From NCBI GenBank assembly GCA_040904565.1, contig JBBDTI010000088.1, positions 1 to 16,351 on the forward strand: a stretch of 16,351 bases of DNA, in the 5' to 3' direction. Below the pieces are notes generated by a model that was not told the origin of the DNA, ran no database searches, and saw nothing but the letters and a program-made list of their open reading frames with translations. Of this stretch, positions 8,928 to 16,351 are shown piece after piece. The stretch is from Rhodothermales bacterium (lineage in GTDB: Bacteria; Bacteroidota; Rhodothermia; Rhodothermales; VXPQ01). Every line of letters begins with the position of its first letter. The stretch's first letter is position 1. Made by a program: the position numbers and the translations under genes.

Positions 8928-10058
8928 ATCGTGCAGGAACCCTCGATTATCCGCTTCGGCCACTTCACGCTCGACGTCACGAACCGGGAGCTCCTCCAGG
9001 ACGGAGCACGTCTCGACCTGAGCCCCAGGTATTTCGACGCACTCGTCCTGCTCGTGCGGGAGCACGGGCGGCTCGTCGAGAAGGATCGCTTTTTTGAGGA
9101 TGTGTGGGATGACGTCGTCGTGAGCGACGGCGCCCTCACCCAGTGCATCAAGGAAATTCGCAGGCAGCTCGGAGACGACGTCTCGAATCCGCGGTACGTC
9201 CAGACGGTCCCCCGGCACGGGTACCGGTTCATCGCGGAGATTTCGACCGGCGATGACCGATCCGACGCTCCCGAGGCCGTCGCGGGTGGTACAAAGTCTC
9301 CAGGCGATTCGACGCTCTCGGAAGCCCTGGCGACGGCGCTCGCCGGATTGGTCGGAGGTGCGGTAGCCGGACTCCTGGGCGGACTGCTGTACGGTTTCGG
9401 CATCGCCTATGCGCCCATCGATCAGGATCTCGGTACCGCCTCCGTGCTGCTCGTACTGGTCAGTCTCGCCGGCGTCCTGGGTACCGTGGGAGGGTTCGGA
9501 ATAGGTGCGGGGATCGCGGCGGCCGACTATGCCGCGGGCGGGCGGACGGGCAGATCGGCCTGGCGCATCGTCGGTGCGGTGGTAGGCGGCATGCTCGTGG
9601 GCGGAAGCGTGAAACTGCTGGGCGTCGACGCATTCAGCCTGCTCTTCGGACGGACCCCGTCAGGCATCACGGGTGGAATGGAAGGAGCGGCGCTCGGATT
9701 CGCCGTCGGACTCGGAGCGCACCTCGGTGGCGGCACCGACGCGGTGGCCTGGTGGCGCCCCGTAGCAGCGGCGTGCGCGATGGGCGCCGCCGTCGGCGTG
9801 ATGATCGCCCTTTCGGGGGGGCACCTGCTGGGAGGCAGCCTCGATCTGCTCGCCCAGTCATTCTCGGAGTCAAGGCTTGAGCTGGACGCCATCGGAAGCT
9901 ACTTCGGGGACGTGCGCTTCGGACGAACGACCCAGGTCGTCCTCGCCGGCATAGAAGGCCTCATCTTCACGGGATGCGTCGTCGGGGCGCTCGTCGCGTC
10001 GCGGATATCACGAAAGGGCCGCGGCGCTCCTCCATTCCGGCTGCCCGCCAAGAATTAA
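8922..10058 (+). CDS. Membrane-anchored transcriptional regulator with N-terminal OmpR/PhoB-type winged HTH (ToxR/CadC-like) and a glycine-rich multi-TM C-terminal region
   Basis: IRFGHFTLDVTNRELLQDG...LSPRYFDALVLLV...VWDDVVVSDGALTQCIKEIRRQLGD...YVQTVPRHGYRF is a Trans_reg_C domain. There is no receiver domain. About 6-7 GxxxG-rich hydrophobic helices follow. The start is GTG 8922 or possibly GTG 8931. Confidence 0.9.
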   Translation: MSIVQEPSIIRFGHFTLDVTNRELLQDGARLDLSPRYFDALVLLVREHGRLVEKDRFFEDVWDDVVVSDGALTQCIKEIRRQLGDDVSNPRYVQTVPRHGYRFIAEISTGDDRSDAPEAVAGGTKSPGDSTLSEALATALAGLVGGAVAGLLGGLLYGFGIAYAPIDQDLGTASVLLVLVSLAGVLGTVGGFGIGAGIAAADYAAGGRTGRSAWRIVGAVVGGMLVGGSVKLLGVDAFSLLFGRTPSGITGGMEGAALGFAVGLGAHLGGGTDAVAWWRPVAAACAMGAAVGVMIALSGGHLLGGSLDLLAQSFSESRLELDAIGSYFGDVRFGRTTQVVLAGIEGLIFTGCVVGALVASRISRKGRGAPPFRLPAKN

Positions 10059-10105
10059 TCTGATGAAGACTTGTTGAACGAAGAACTTTACAGGTTTCGA
10101 TTCAT

Positions 10106-10127
10106 TGAGTGAGTAAACATTCACTCA
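10106..10127. promoter_or_regulatory. Palindromic operator-like site TGAGTGA-N8-TCACTCA upstream of the efflux operon
   Basis: TGAGTGAGTAAACATTCACTCA has perfect 7-bp inverted arms. It sits in an AT-rich intergenic gap, 15 bp before the TolC start codon. Confidence 0.65.
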
Positions 10128-10142
10128 CTACGCAATACCGGG

Positions 10143-11489
10143 ATGCTCATACGCCGACATGCGCCGCAACGTAGATGGCCGACGTGGCTCATCGCAGGGA
10201 TTCTCCTCATCTACACGCCGACCGTACAGGCGCAGCACGAGGACCGGCCGATTACGCTTCAGGCGGCGATAGCCCGATCGCTCGAAGCAGGCACCCACGT
10301 ACGCCGGGCCGGCGCGCGTCATGAAGCCGCGCTGGCCGCCTCCGGTCCCCTTTCTTCCGAATACATTCCGAGCGCCCGTGTGACGGCCTCGTCCACGTTA
10401 TCGCAGTATCCGCTGACCGTGACCCCCATTCGCGAGCAGGGCGTCTTTCCGCCCCTCGACGATCAGATTCAGGAGGTCTCGTTCAATCTTTCGTGGACGG
10501 TCTTTGATTTCGGACAGGGCCGCGCCGCCCGGCGCTCGGCGCAGGCGCTGGCAGAAGCCGCCGGTGTGGAGTACGATCTGGCCCGGATGGAAACGGTAGA
10601 ACGCGTTACGACGGCTTACGTGCATCTCGCCCACCTCACGAGCATCCGGGACGCGCAGCAGGATCGACTCGATGCCCTGAACGAACGGCGCGCCGAACTG
10701 ACGGCCCTGCATGATGAAGGCCGCGTGCCGGACGTCGAACTGCTGCGCATCGCCGAAGTCGTTCTCAGCGCAGAAACCGACCTCCGGAAGACACGCAACG
10801 ACGTAGCATCCGTTCTTCTCGAACTTTCCGGAACGCTCAACATGCCGGAGACGCTGGACATTGAAGACATCGCCTTATTCCCTCTCGTCGCCGCAAAAGC
10901 ATCGCCCGCCGCCGTCGATCCGGCGGCCTCGCCCCGCGTCACGCTGGCACGCAAGACGCTGGAGGCGGCCCGATTCTCTGCCCGTGAGGCCGATCGATCC
11001 TCCTTTCCCGCCATCGAGCTCTTCGCCGCCGAGCGGCTGCGGGCGGGCAGTGACTTCTCCTTCGACGACGACCTTTACGGCGGCATTCGCCTGAGCGTAC
11101 CGCTCTTTCAACCGCGCCAGCAGGTCCTGCGGCAGGTCGAACGGGCGACGGTCAACGAGCGCGAGGAGGCGCTGATCGCCGCCGAGCGGGAATTTGCGAA
11201 CGCGGCGCGAGATCTCGCCAACCGGGAGCGGGAAGCCTACGAACGCTCTGTCGCCAACGAAGCCCGCGTGCGCCATCTGGAGGAGACCTACCGCATCGAG
11301 GCGGCGGCGCACGAAGAAGGCCGGCTGACGCTCAGCGATCTCCTCGACACCGAGGGGCGCCTTGCCGCAGCTCGCGGGGAGCTTGCCGCCGCGAAAGCAC
11401 TCGCCATTACCATACGACTCCAAAGAGACGTTCTGGCCGGTACGCTTACGCCGTCCAGCGTACTCCACCTAATCGGTAAAGAAGAATGA
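10143..11489 (+). CDS. TolC-family outer membrane efflux protein
   Basis: Signal peptide ending VQA-Q, then PITLQAAIARSLE. Beta-strand motifs SFNLSWTVFDFG and GGIRLSVPLF, long helical repeats and EGRLTLSDLLDTE. First gene of the efflux operon. Confidence 0.9.
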   Translation: MLIRRHAPQRRWPTWLIAGILLIYTPTVQAQHEDRPITLQAAIARSLEAGTHVRRAGARHEAALAASGPLSSEYIPSARVTASSTLSQYPLTVTPIREQGVFPPLDDQIQEVSFNLSWTVFDFGQGRAARRSAQALAEAAGVEYDLARMETVERVTTAYVHLAHLTSIRDAQQDRLDALNERRAELTALHDEGRVPDVELLRIAEVVLSAETDLRKTRNDVASVLLELSGTLNMPETLDIEDIALFPLVAAKASPAAVDPAASPRVTLARKTLEAARFSAREADRSSFPAIELFAAERLRAGSDFSFDDDLYGGIRLSVPLFQPRQQVLRQVERATVNEREEALIAAEREFANAARDLANREREAYERSVANEARVRHLEETYRIEAAAHEEGRLTLSDLLDTEGRLAAARGELAAAKALAITIRLQRDVLAGTLTPSSVLHLIGKEE

Positions 11490-12610
11490 AAAAGCGACTT
11501 CTCATATTCACAACCGTTGGCGCCGCGTCGGTCCTCGCCCTGTGGATCATCGTATCCGCCGTACGCGAACCCACCGTCGATCAGGCCGAGCGCCTTGTGC
11601 CTGCCGTCGCCGTGTCGGTAAGCCCCCCGACGGTTGACAGCGTCTACGAAGAGATCCGATATCTCGGGACGGTCGAAGGCGAATCCGACGTCGACCTCGC
11701 CTTCCACATCGGCGGCACGCTTGCCGACGTATACGTGCGAGAAGGCCGGCACGTCAGGCCCGGCGACCGACTGGCAGCGCTCGACCAACCCGAGATGCGC
11801 GCGCGGCAGGAACGTGCTCGCGCAGAATTGGAGAAGGCCGAGGTAAACCTCAGCCACTGGGAAGCAGAGCTGGCGATTGACGAACGGCTGCTGGCCAGGG
11901 GCGCCGTGTCCCGCAGCCGCCGCGACCAGACCAGGCTCGCCTACGAAAACGCGCTTCGTGCTCGGGACGCCGCGGTCGCCGCGACGGAAGAAGCGGCCGG
12001 AGTCGTCTCAGCCGCCGTTCTTCGCGCGACGACCGGCGGCGTGGTCGGCCGAATCGAGCGGACGGCAGGCGAGACGGTGATGCCGGGACAACCCGTGCTC
12101 TCACTCAGTGCGGGGCGCCGCCGCGTACGCGTCGACGTACTCGAAGGCGACCTCTCAAAAGGCATCGCTGTGGGCACTCCGGCCGTGATCGCATCCCGAA
12201 CGTGCGGGAGCGTCGAAGGCGTGGTCGGCACCATTGATACGTCCGTACGCGAGCCGTTCCGCAGCGTGCGGGTCTACGTCGACGTACCGCCGTCGTGCCT
12301 TGCCGACCAGCCTGCCGGCGGCACGGCGCCGGTGACGTTTCGAGTCAACGATCAGGCCGACGCCGTCATGGTGCCCTCGTCGGCCATCGACCTGCGTACC
12401 GGGCAACCTCGCGTCTTTCGCGTCGCCGACGACGGGACCGCTGACGTCGTCTTCGTCGAGCTCGGCGTGCAGCGCGGCAGCATGCAGCAGATCATCGGCG
12501 CCGTCGGGCCGGACGACCTCATCGTCGTTTCCGGCGCCACGAATCTCCAGGAGGGCGACCGCTTGAACGTCGTCGCCGACGTGCTCACATCGGAAGAAGA
12601 AAACCTATGA
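11486..12610 (+). CDS. RND efflux periplasmic adaptor (membrane fusion protein)
   Basis: N-terminal TM anchor, lipoyl motifs (GGTLADVYVREGRHVRPGDRLAALD and GETVMPGQPV), alpha-hairpin, VMVPSSAI and VVSGATNLQEGD. ATGA overlap with the TolC stop. Confidence 0.93.
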   Translation: MKKRLLIFTTVGAASVLALWIIVSAVREPTVDQAERLVPAVAVSVSPPTVDSVYEEIRYLGTVEGESDVDLAFHIGGTLADVYVREGRHVRPGDRLAALDQPEMRARQERARAELEKAEVNLSHWEAELAIDERLLARGAVSRSRRDQTRLAYENALRARDAAVAATEEAAGVVSAAVLRATTGGVVGRIERTAGETVMPGQPVLSLSAGRRRVRVDVLEGDLSKGIAVGTPAVIASRTCGSVEGVVGTIDTSVREPFRSVRVYVDVPPSCLADQPAGGTAPVTFRVNDQADAVMVPSSAIDLRTGQPRVFRVADDGTADVVFVELGVQRGSMQQIIGAVGPDDLIVVSGATNLQEGDRLNVVADVLTSEEENL

Positions 12611-15600
12611 ACTGGGCCCAATTCGCCATCGATAAACGATACACGGTCATCGCCGTGTCCCTTGCCGTGCTCGTATTCGGGACGCTTGCGTGGATCAGCC
12701 TCCCCGTAGCCCTCTTTCCCGACACGGCGCCGCCGCTCGTCAATATCGTCACGCCGTTCCCGGGCGCGACCGCGGTGGACGTGGCGAAGGACGTCTCGGA
12801 GACCATCGAAGAGGAAATCGCCTCGCTGGACGGTATCGTCAACGTCGCATCCAAGAGCCAGGACGGCCTCTCCGTCGTCACCGCCGAGTTTGGGTACGAC
12901 TTCAACGTCGACCTCGTCGCGGTGGACGTGCAGAATGCCATCAGCCGCATACGGGGAACACTCCCCGCCGCGATCGGAGAACCGCGCGTCCTCAAGTTTT
13001 CCACCTCCGACAAGCCGGTCGTAATCCTCGCCGTAAGATCGCCGACGGATCGATACGATCTGGGGGAGGTTCGCCGCATCGCGGAGGACGAATTGGAGCC
13101 CCTTCTGCAGCGCATGGAGGGCGTGGCCGCCGTCGACGTGTTCGGAGGGGCCCGCGCGCAGATCAACGTACTCGTGGACCGCGATCGCCTGGAGGCGGCC
13201 GGACTCGGGCTTTCGGCCGTCTCCGCAGCAATCCAGGAGGGCAACGTGTCCGCGCCGGCCGGTCGCATCGACCAGTCGCGTCGCGAGCTGCTTCTGCGCT
13301 TCGACGAGACCGTGGCGACGGTAGACGACCTCGCCCGGCTGCCCGTCGCCGAACGGGGTGAACAGCGTATCCTCCTCGGCGACGTGGCGCGCGTGGAACG
13401 CGGATCGGCCGATCGCCGAAGCTCATTCCGCGTCGGCGGCCGTGAGGCCGTGGCCCTTCAGATCCTTCAACGGCAGGATGCGAACACCGTGGAAGTGGTC
13501 GAGCGGGTCGCGGCGCTCGTGCCGGAGCTTAGCGCGCGCTATCCCGATCTCACCGTCGAGGTCGCGACGGAGGAGGCGTCGTTCACGAACGTCGTCGTAG
13601 ACAATATGGGAAGCAGCATCCTCAGTGCCCTGCTGCTCGCCAGCCTGGTGATCTTCCTCTTCGTGGGCAGCCTCCGGGGTGCGCTCATCGTCTCCATCTC
13701 AATGCCCATGAGCTTTCTGCTGACACTGGCGCTGATGCAGCTTATGGGGATGGAGCTCAATCTCGTGACGCTCTCGGCCGTCATTCTGGCCGTGGGCATC
13801 GTGGTGGACGCTTCGGTGGTCGTCCTGGAGAACATCGCGCGGCACCGTTCCGAAGCGCCCGATCGATCGATGGAAGAGTCGGCCGCCGTGGGCACCCAGG
13901 AGGTCTTCTTTGCCGTCCTGGCCGGCCTCCTGACGACCCTCATCGTCCTCCTGCCGTTTCTCTTTCTCACCGGATTCGTAGGCAAGGTCTTCGGTCCCCT
14001 CGCGACGACGATGATTTTCGCCTTCTCATCCTCGCTCCTGGCCGCGGTCACGCTGATTCCGCTGCTCGCCGCCCTGATTCTCGGCGGCGAGCGAAAGTGG
14101 GAAAAAACCTTCACGCGCCGGACCACCGGCTGGTTCGAGCGGGCCATGAACCGGCTGCGCGACGGGTACCTTGCCGTGCTTCGCTTCGGGCTCAAGCACC
14201 GAGCGGCCACGCTGGGTGGACTGGGCCTGCTGCTGATCGCCAGCCTGGCCCTGTTGGGCGCGCGCGGCATGGAAGTCCTGCCACGGCTCGACTCCGGGTC
14301 GTTCTTCGTATCCCTGGAAACGGAGCCCGGCACGTCGTTCGACGAGACGCTCCGCATCGTAGAACGCGTCGAAGGACTGCTGGAGGCGGAACCCCACGTC
14401 GTCACCTACACGGCACAGGTCGGCTTCGAGCCAGAAGCCTCCTACCTGGGGGATGCGGGGGCGATGGGCGTGCAGCAGGCGTTCCTGACCGTGGATCTCG
14501 TCTCTCGCAAGGAACGCCCCGAAACGATCTGGACCATTGAGGACCGGCTTCGCGCCCGTATCGCGGGCATACCGGGGATCCGAACGGCCGTGGTGAAAGA
14601 AATGGGCGGCACCGCGAAATCCACGACGGCCGCCCCGCTCACCGTCCGGCTTTCGGGACCGGATCTGGGCGTGCTGGACGGCCTGGCCGTCCAGGTTGCC
14701 GAGCGAATGCGCGGCGTTCCCGGCGCGGTCAACGTATACCGGGAGTGGACGATGGACCGCCCCGAGGTGCGCCTCACCGTAGACAGGCTCCAGACGGCGC
14801 GATTCGGACTCACGCCCTCGCAGCTTGCGGGAGCTACGTACGCGGCCGTCGAGGGGCTGCCGGTGACGGAGCTCGACGGCCTCGATGGAACGACCTACCC
14901 CATCGTCGTTCGCTACGCGCCCGAGAGCCGGCAAGACCTGGACGACGTGCTTTCACTGCGCCCTCGTCCGGGTCTTTCGCTGGCGTCGATGGCCGAACCT
15001 TCCTGGGCGCTGGCACCCAATCTCGTGACCCGTGAGGCCTTGACGACCACGGCGAACGTGAGCGGATTCCACTACGGCCGTTCCTTCAGTCACGTGGCCG
15101 CCGACGTGGAAAACGCGGTCGCCGATATGGAGCTGCCGCCCGGGTACAGCCTGACGTTCGCCGGCGAAATGTCCGATCTCGAGGAAACCAGCGGTCAGAT
15201 GGTGCGATCGCTTCTGATGGCCCTGATCGCCATCTACCTGCTTCTGGTCGCCCAGTTCAAATCCTTCGTGCACCCGCTGACGGTGATGTTCGCCGTACCG
15301 CTGGTCCTGATCGGCGTCGCGGCGGCGCTTCTCGCCGCAGGCAAGGTCGTATCGCTCGCCGTGCTCATGGCGTTCGTCCTGCTGATCGGCATCGCCGTCA
15401 ACAATTCCATCATCCTGCTGGATTTCATTCTGGAAGCACGCCGCGCCGGAAGTTCCCGAATCGATGCCGTATTCGACTCCGTGAGCGTCCGCTTTCGCCC
15501 CATCATGATGACGTCCTTCTCCACCATCATCGGCATGCTCCCACTAGCGCTGGAATGGGCACTGGGTGCCGAACGGTTTTCGCCCATGGCGGTAGCCATA

Positions 15601-15708
15601 ATAGGGGGATTGACGGCGTCATCCCTGCTCACACTGGTCATCATTCCGGTCTTCTATACCGTCGTCGACGACGTCACCTTGCGGATCCGCTCCGCATTCA
15701 CTGCCTGA
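12607..15708 (+). CDS. RND efflux transporter permease subunit (AcrB/AcrD/AcrF family)
   Basis: 1033 aa with LPVALFPD, FPGATA, IEEEI, GIVVDASVVVLENI, QFKSFVHPL, GIAVNNSII and RFRPIMMTS motifs. ATGA overlap with the adaptor stop. Confidence 0.96.
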   Translation: MNWAQFAIDKRYTVIAVSLAVLVFGTLAWISLPVALFPDTAPPLVNIVTPFPGATAVDVAKDVSETIEEEIASLDGIVNVASKSQDGLSVVTAEFGYDFNVDLVAVDVQNAISRIRGTLPAAIGEPRVLKFSTSDKPVVILAVRSPTDRYDLGEVRRIAEDELEPLLQRMEGVAAVDVFGGARAQINVLVDRDRLEAAGLGLSAVSAAIQEGNVSAPAGRIDQSRRELLLRFDETVATVDDLARLPVAERGEQRILLGDVARVERGSADRRSSFRVGGREAVALQILQRQDANTVEVVERVAALVPELSARYPDLTVEVATEEASFTNVVVDNMGSSILSALLLASLVIFLFVGSLRGALIVSISMPMSFLLTLALMQLMGMELNLVTLSAVILAVGIVVDASVVVLENIARHRSEAPDRSMEESAAVGTQEVFFAVLAGLLTTLIVLLPFLFLTGFVGKVFGPLATTMIFAFSSSLLAAVTLIPLLAALILGGERKWEKTFTRRTTGWFERAMNRLRDGYLAVLRFGLKHRAATLGGLGLLLIASLALLGARGMEVLPRLDSGSFFVSLETEPGTSFDETLRIVERVEGLLEAEPHVVTYTAQVGFEPEASYLGDAGAMGVQQAFLTVDLVSRKERPETIWTIEDRLRARIAGIPGIRTAVVKEMGGTAKSTTAAPLTVRLSGPDLGVLDGLAVQVAERMRGVPGAVNVYREWTMDRPEVRLTVDRLQTARFGLTPSQLAGATYAAVEGLPVTELDGLDGTTYPIVVRYAPESRQDLDDVLSLRPRPGLSLASMAEPSWALAPNLVTREALTTTANVSGFHYGRSFSHVAADVENAVADMELPPGYSLTFAGEMSDLEETSGQMVRSLLMALIAIYLLLVAQFKSFVHPLTVMFAVPLVLIGVAAALLAAGKVVSLAVLMAFVLLIGIAVNNSIILLDFILEARRAGSSRIDAVFDSVSVRFRPIMMTSFSTIIGMLPLALEWALGAERFSPMAVAIIGGLTASSLLTLVIIPVFYTVVDDVTLRIRSAFTA

Positions 15709-15729
15709 CCACCAAACAGTACACTCGTC

Positions 15730-16245
15730 ATGAACTCACCAAAGCACATGCACCGCCGGCGTATCGGCCGCTCCACGGCAAAGCTCATCACCGGAATCGT
15801 AATGGCGACCACGCTGGCCGTGGGCGCCGCGAGTGCGCAAGACGCTCGGCAAAGAGCGGAGCCGGACTCCCCCCAGGTCCGCCCGCTCAAGTATTTGATG
15901 GTGGCGCTCGGCCAGGACATGAATCGTATCAACGACGGTTTGTGGCACGAGGATTATGAGATGATCCGGAACGGCGCACAGGCCATCGCCGGCCATCCGA
16001 GAGTACCCCCGGAGCAGATGGCGGCCATCCGGGAGGCACTCGATGAACGGTTCCAGCAGTTTGTGGGCTTCGACCAGCACGTGCACGGCGTGGCGGTCGA
16101 ACTCGTCGATGCCGCCGAAAGACGAGACCTGGTAGACATTCTAAACGCCTACACGCGCATCCAGAACGGATGCACCTCCTGCCACACCGCGTTTCGGGAT
16201 GAGGTGCGCGCGAAGCTGTACGGACACCTCGATCCATCCAACTGA
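15730..16245 (+). CDS. Periplasmic class II (four-helix bundle, cytochrome c'/c556-like) monoheme cytochrome c
   Basis: Signal peptide ending ASA-Q, a helical body, and a single C-terminal heme motif CTSCH (16171-16185) followed by FR. It starts 21 bp after the RND stop. Confidence 0.85.
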   Translation: MNSPKHMHRRRIGRSTAKLITGIVMATTLAVGAASAQDARQRAEPDSPQVRPLKYLMVALGQDMNRINDGLWHEDYEMIRNGAQAIAGHPRVPPEQMAAIREALDERFQQFVGFDQHVHGVAVELVDAAERRDLVDILNAYTRIQNGCTSCHTAFRDEVRAKLYGHLDPSN

Positions 16246-16276
16246 CCGAGAATGGCGACCGGCAAAGGCAGCCAAC

Positions 16277-16308
16277 CTTGAGCGGAGCGACATCCCGTTC
16301 CGCCCAAG
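16277..16308. other. Intergenic stem-loop
   Basis: CTTGAGCGGAGCG-ACATCC-CGTTCCGCCCAAG forms a 13-bp stem with one mismatch and one G-T pair. There is no U-tract on either strand. Confidence 0.5.
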
Positions 16309-16336
16309 TGATCCAACCGAAAAAACAGGTGTACAC

Positions 16337-16351
16337 ATGATTACGCAATCT
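16337..16351 (+). CDS. Possible start of the next gene (MITQS..., truncated by the window edge)
   Basis: ATG at 16337 is preceded by an A-rich tract and CAGGTG (RBS-like), and the frame is open to the window end. Only five codons are visible. Confidence 0.3.

Noticed and set aside
13539-14934. 288-aa and 302-aa minus-strand ORFs within the RND gene
   Set aside because: Antisense shadows of a well-supported gene.
15730-15780. Twin-arginine (Tat) signal in the cytochrome (MHRRRIG)
   Set aside because: It lacks the S/T-R-R-x-F-L-K consensus, and c-type cytochromes are normally Sec-exported. Treated as a basic n-region.

Overview
GC-rich bacterial window. The style of the proteins suggests a Rhodothermales/Bacteroidota-like organism, but that is inference only. 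From left to right it holds: the 3' end of a small membrane-protein gene; a decayed PD-(D/E)XK-like fragment; three minus-strand genes (lipoprotein Cys-type sulfatase, LMF1-family membrane protein, Uma2 endonuclease); an orphan hybrid sensor histidine kinase; a divergent pair of a DUF4153-like polytopic membrane protein and a ToxR/CadC-like membrane-anchored winged-helix regulator; and a TolC / adaptor / RND permease operon followed by a class II (C-terminal CxxCH) cytochrome c. Two signals stand out. The first is four near helically phased TGAGC direct repeats between the divergent pair, which suggests a self-contained one-component membrane-sensing module. The second is an RND pump with a reduced proton-relay signature, closely linked to a periplasmic cytochrome c and preceded by a palindromic operator-like site. 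I found no CRISPR array, tRNA, rRNA or intact mobile element.
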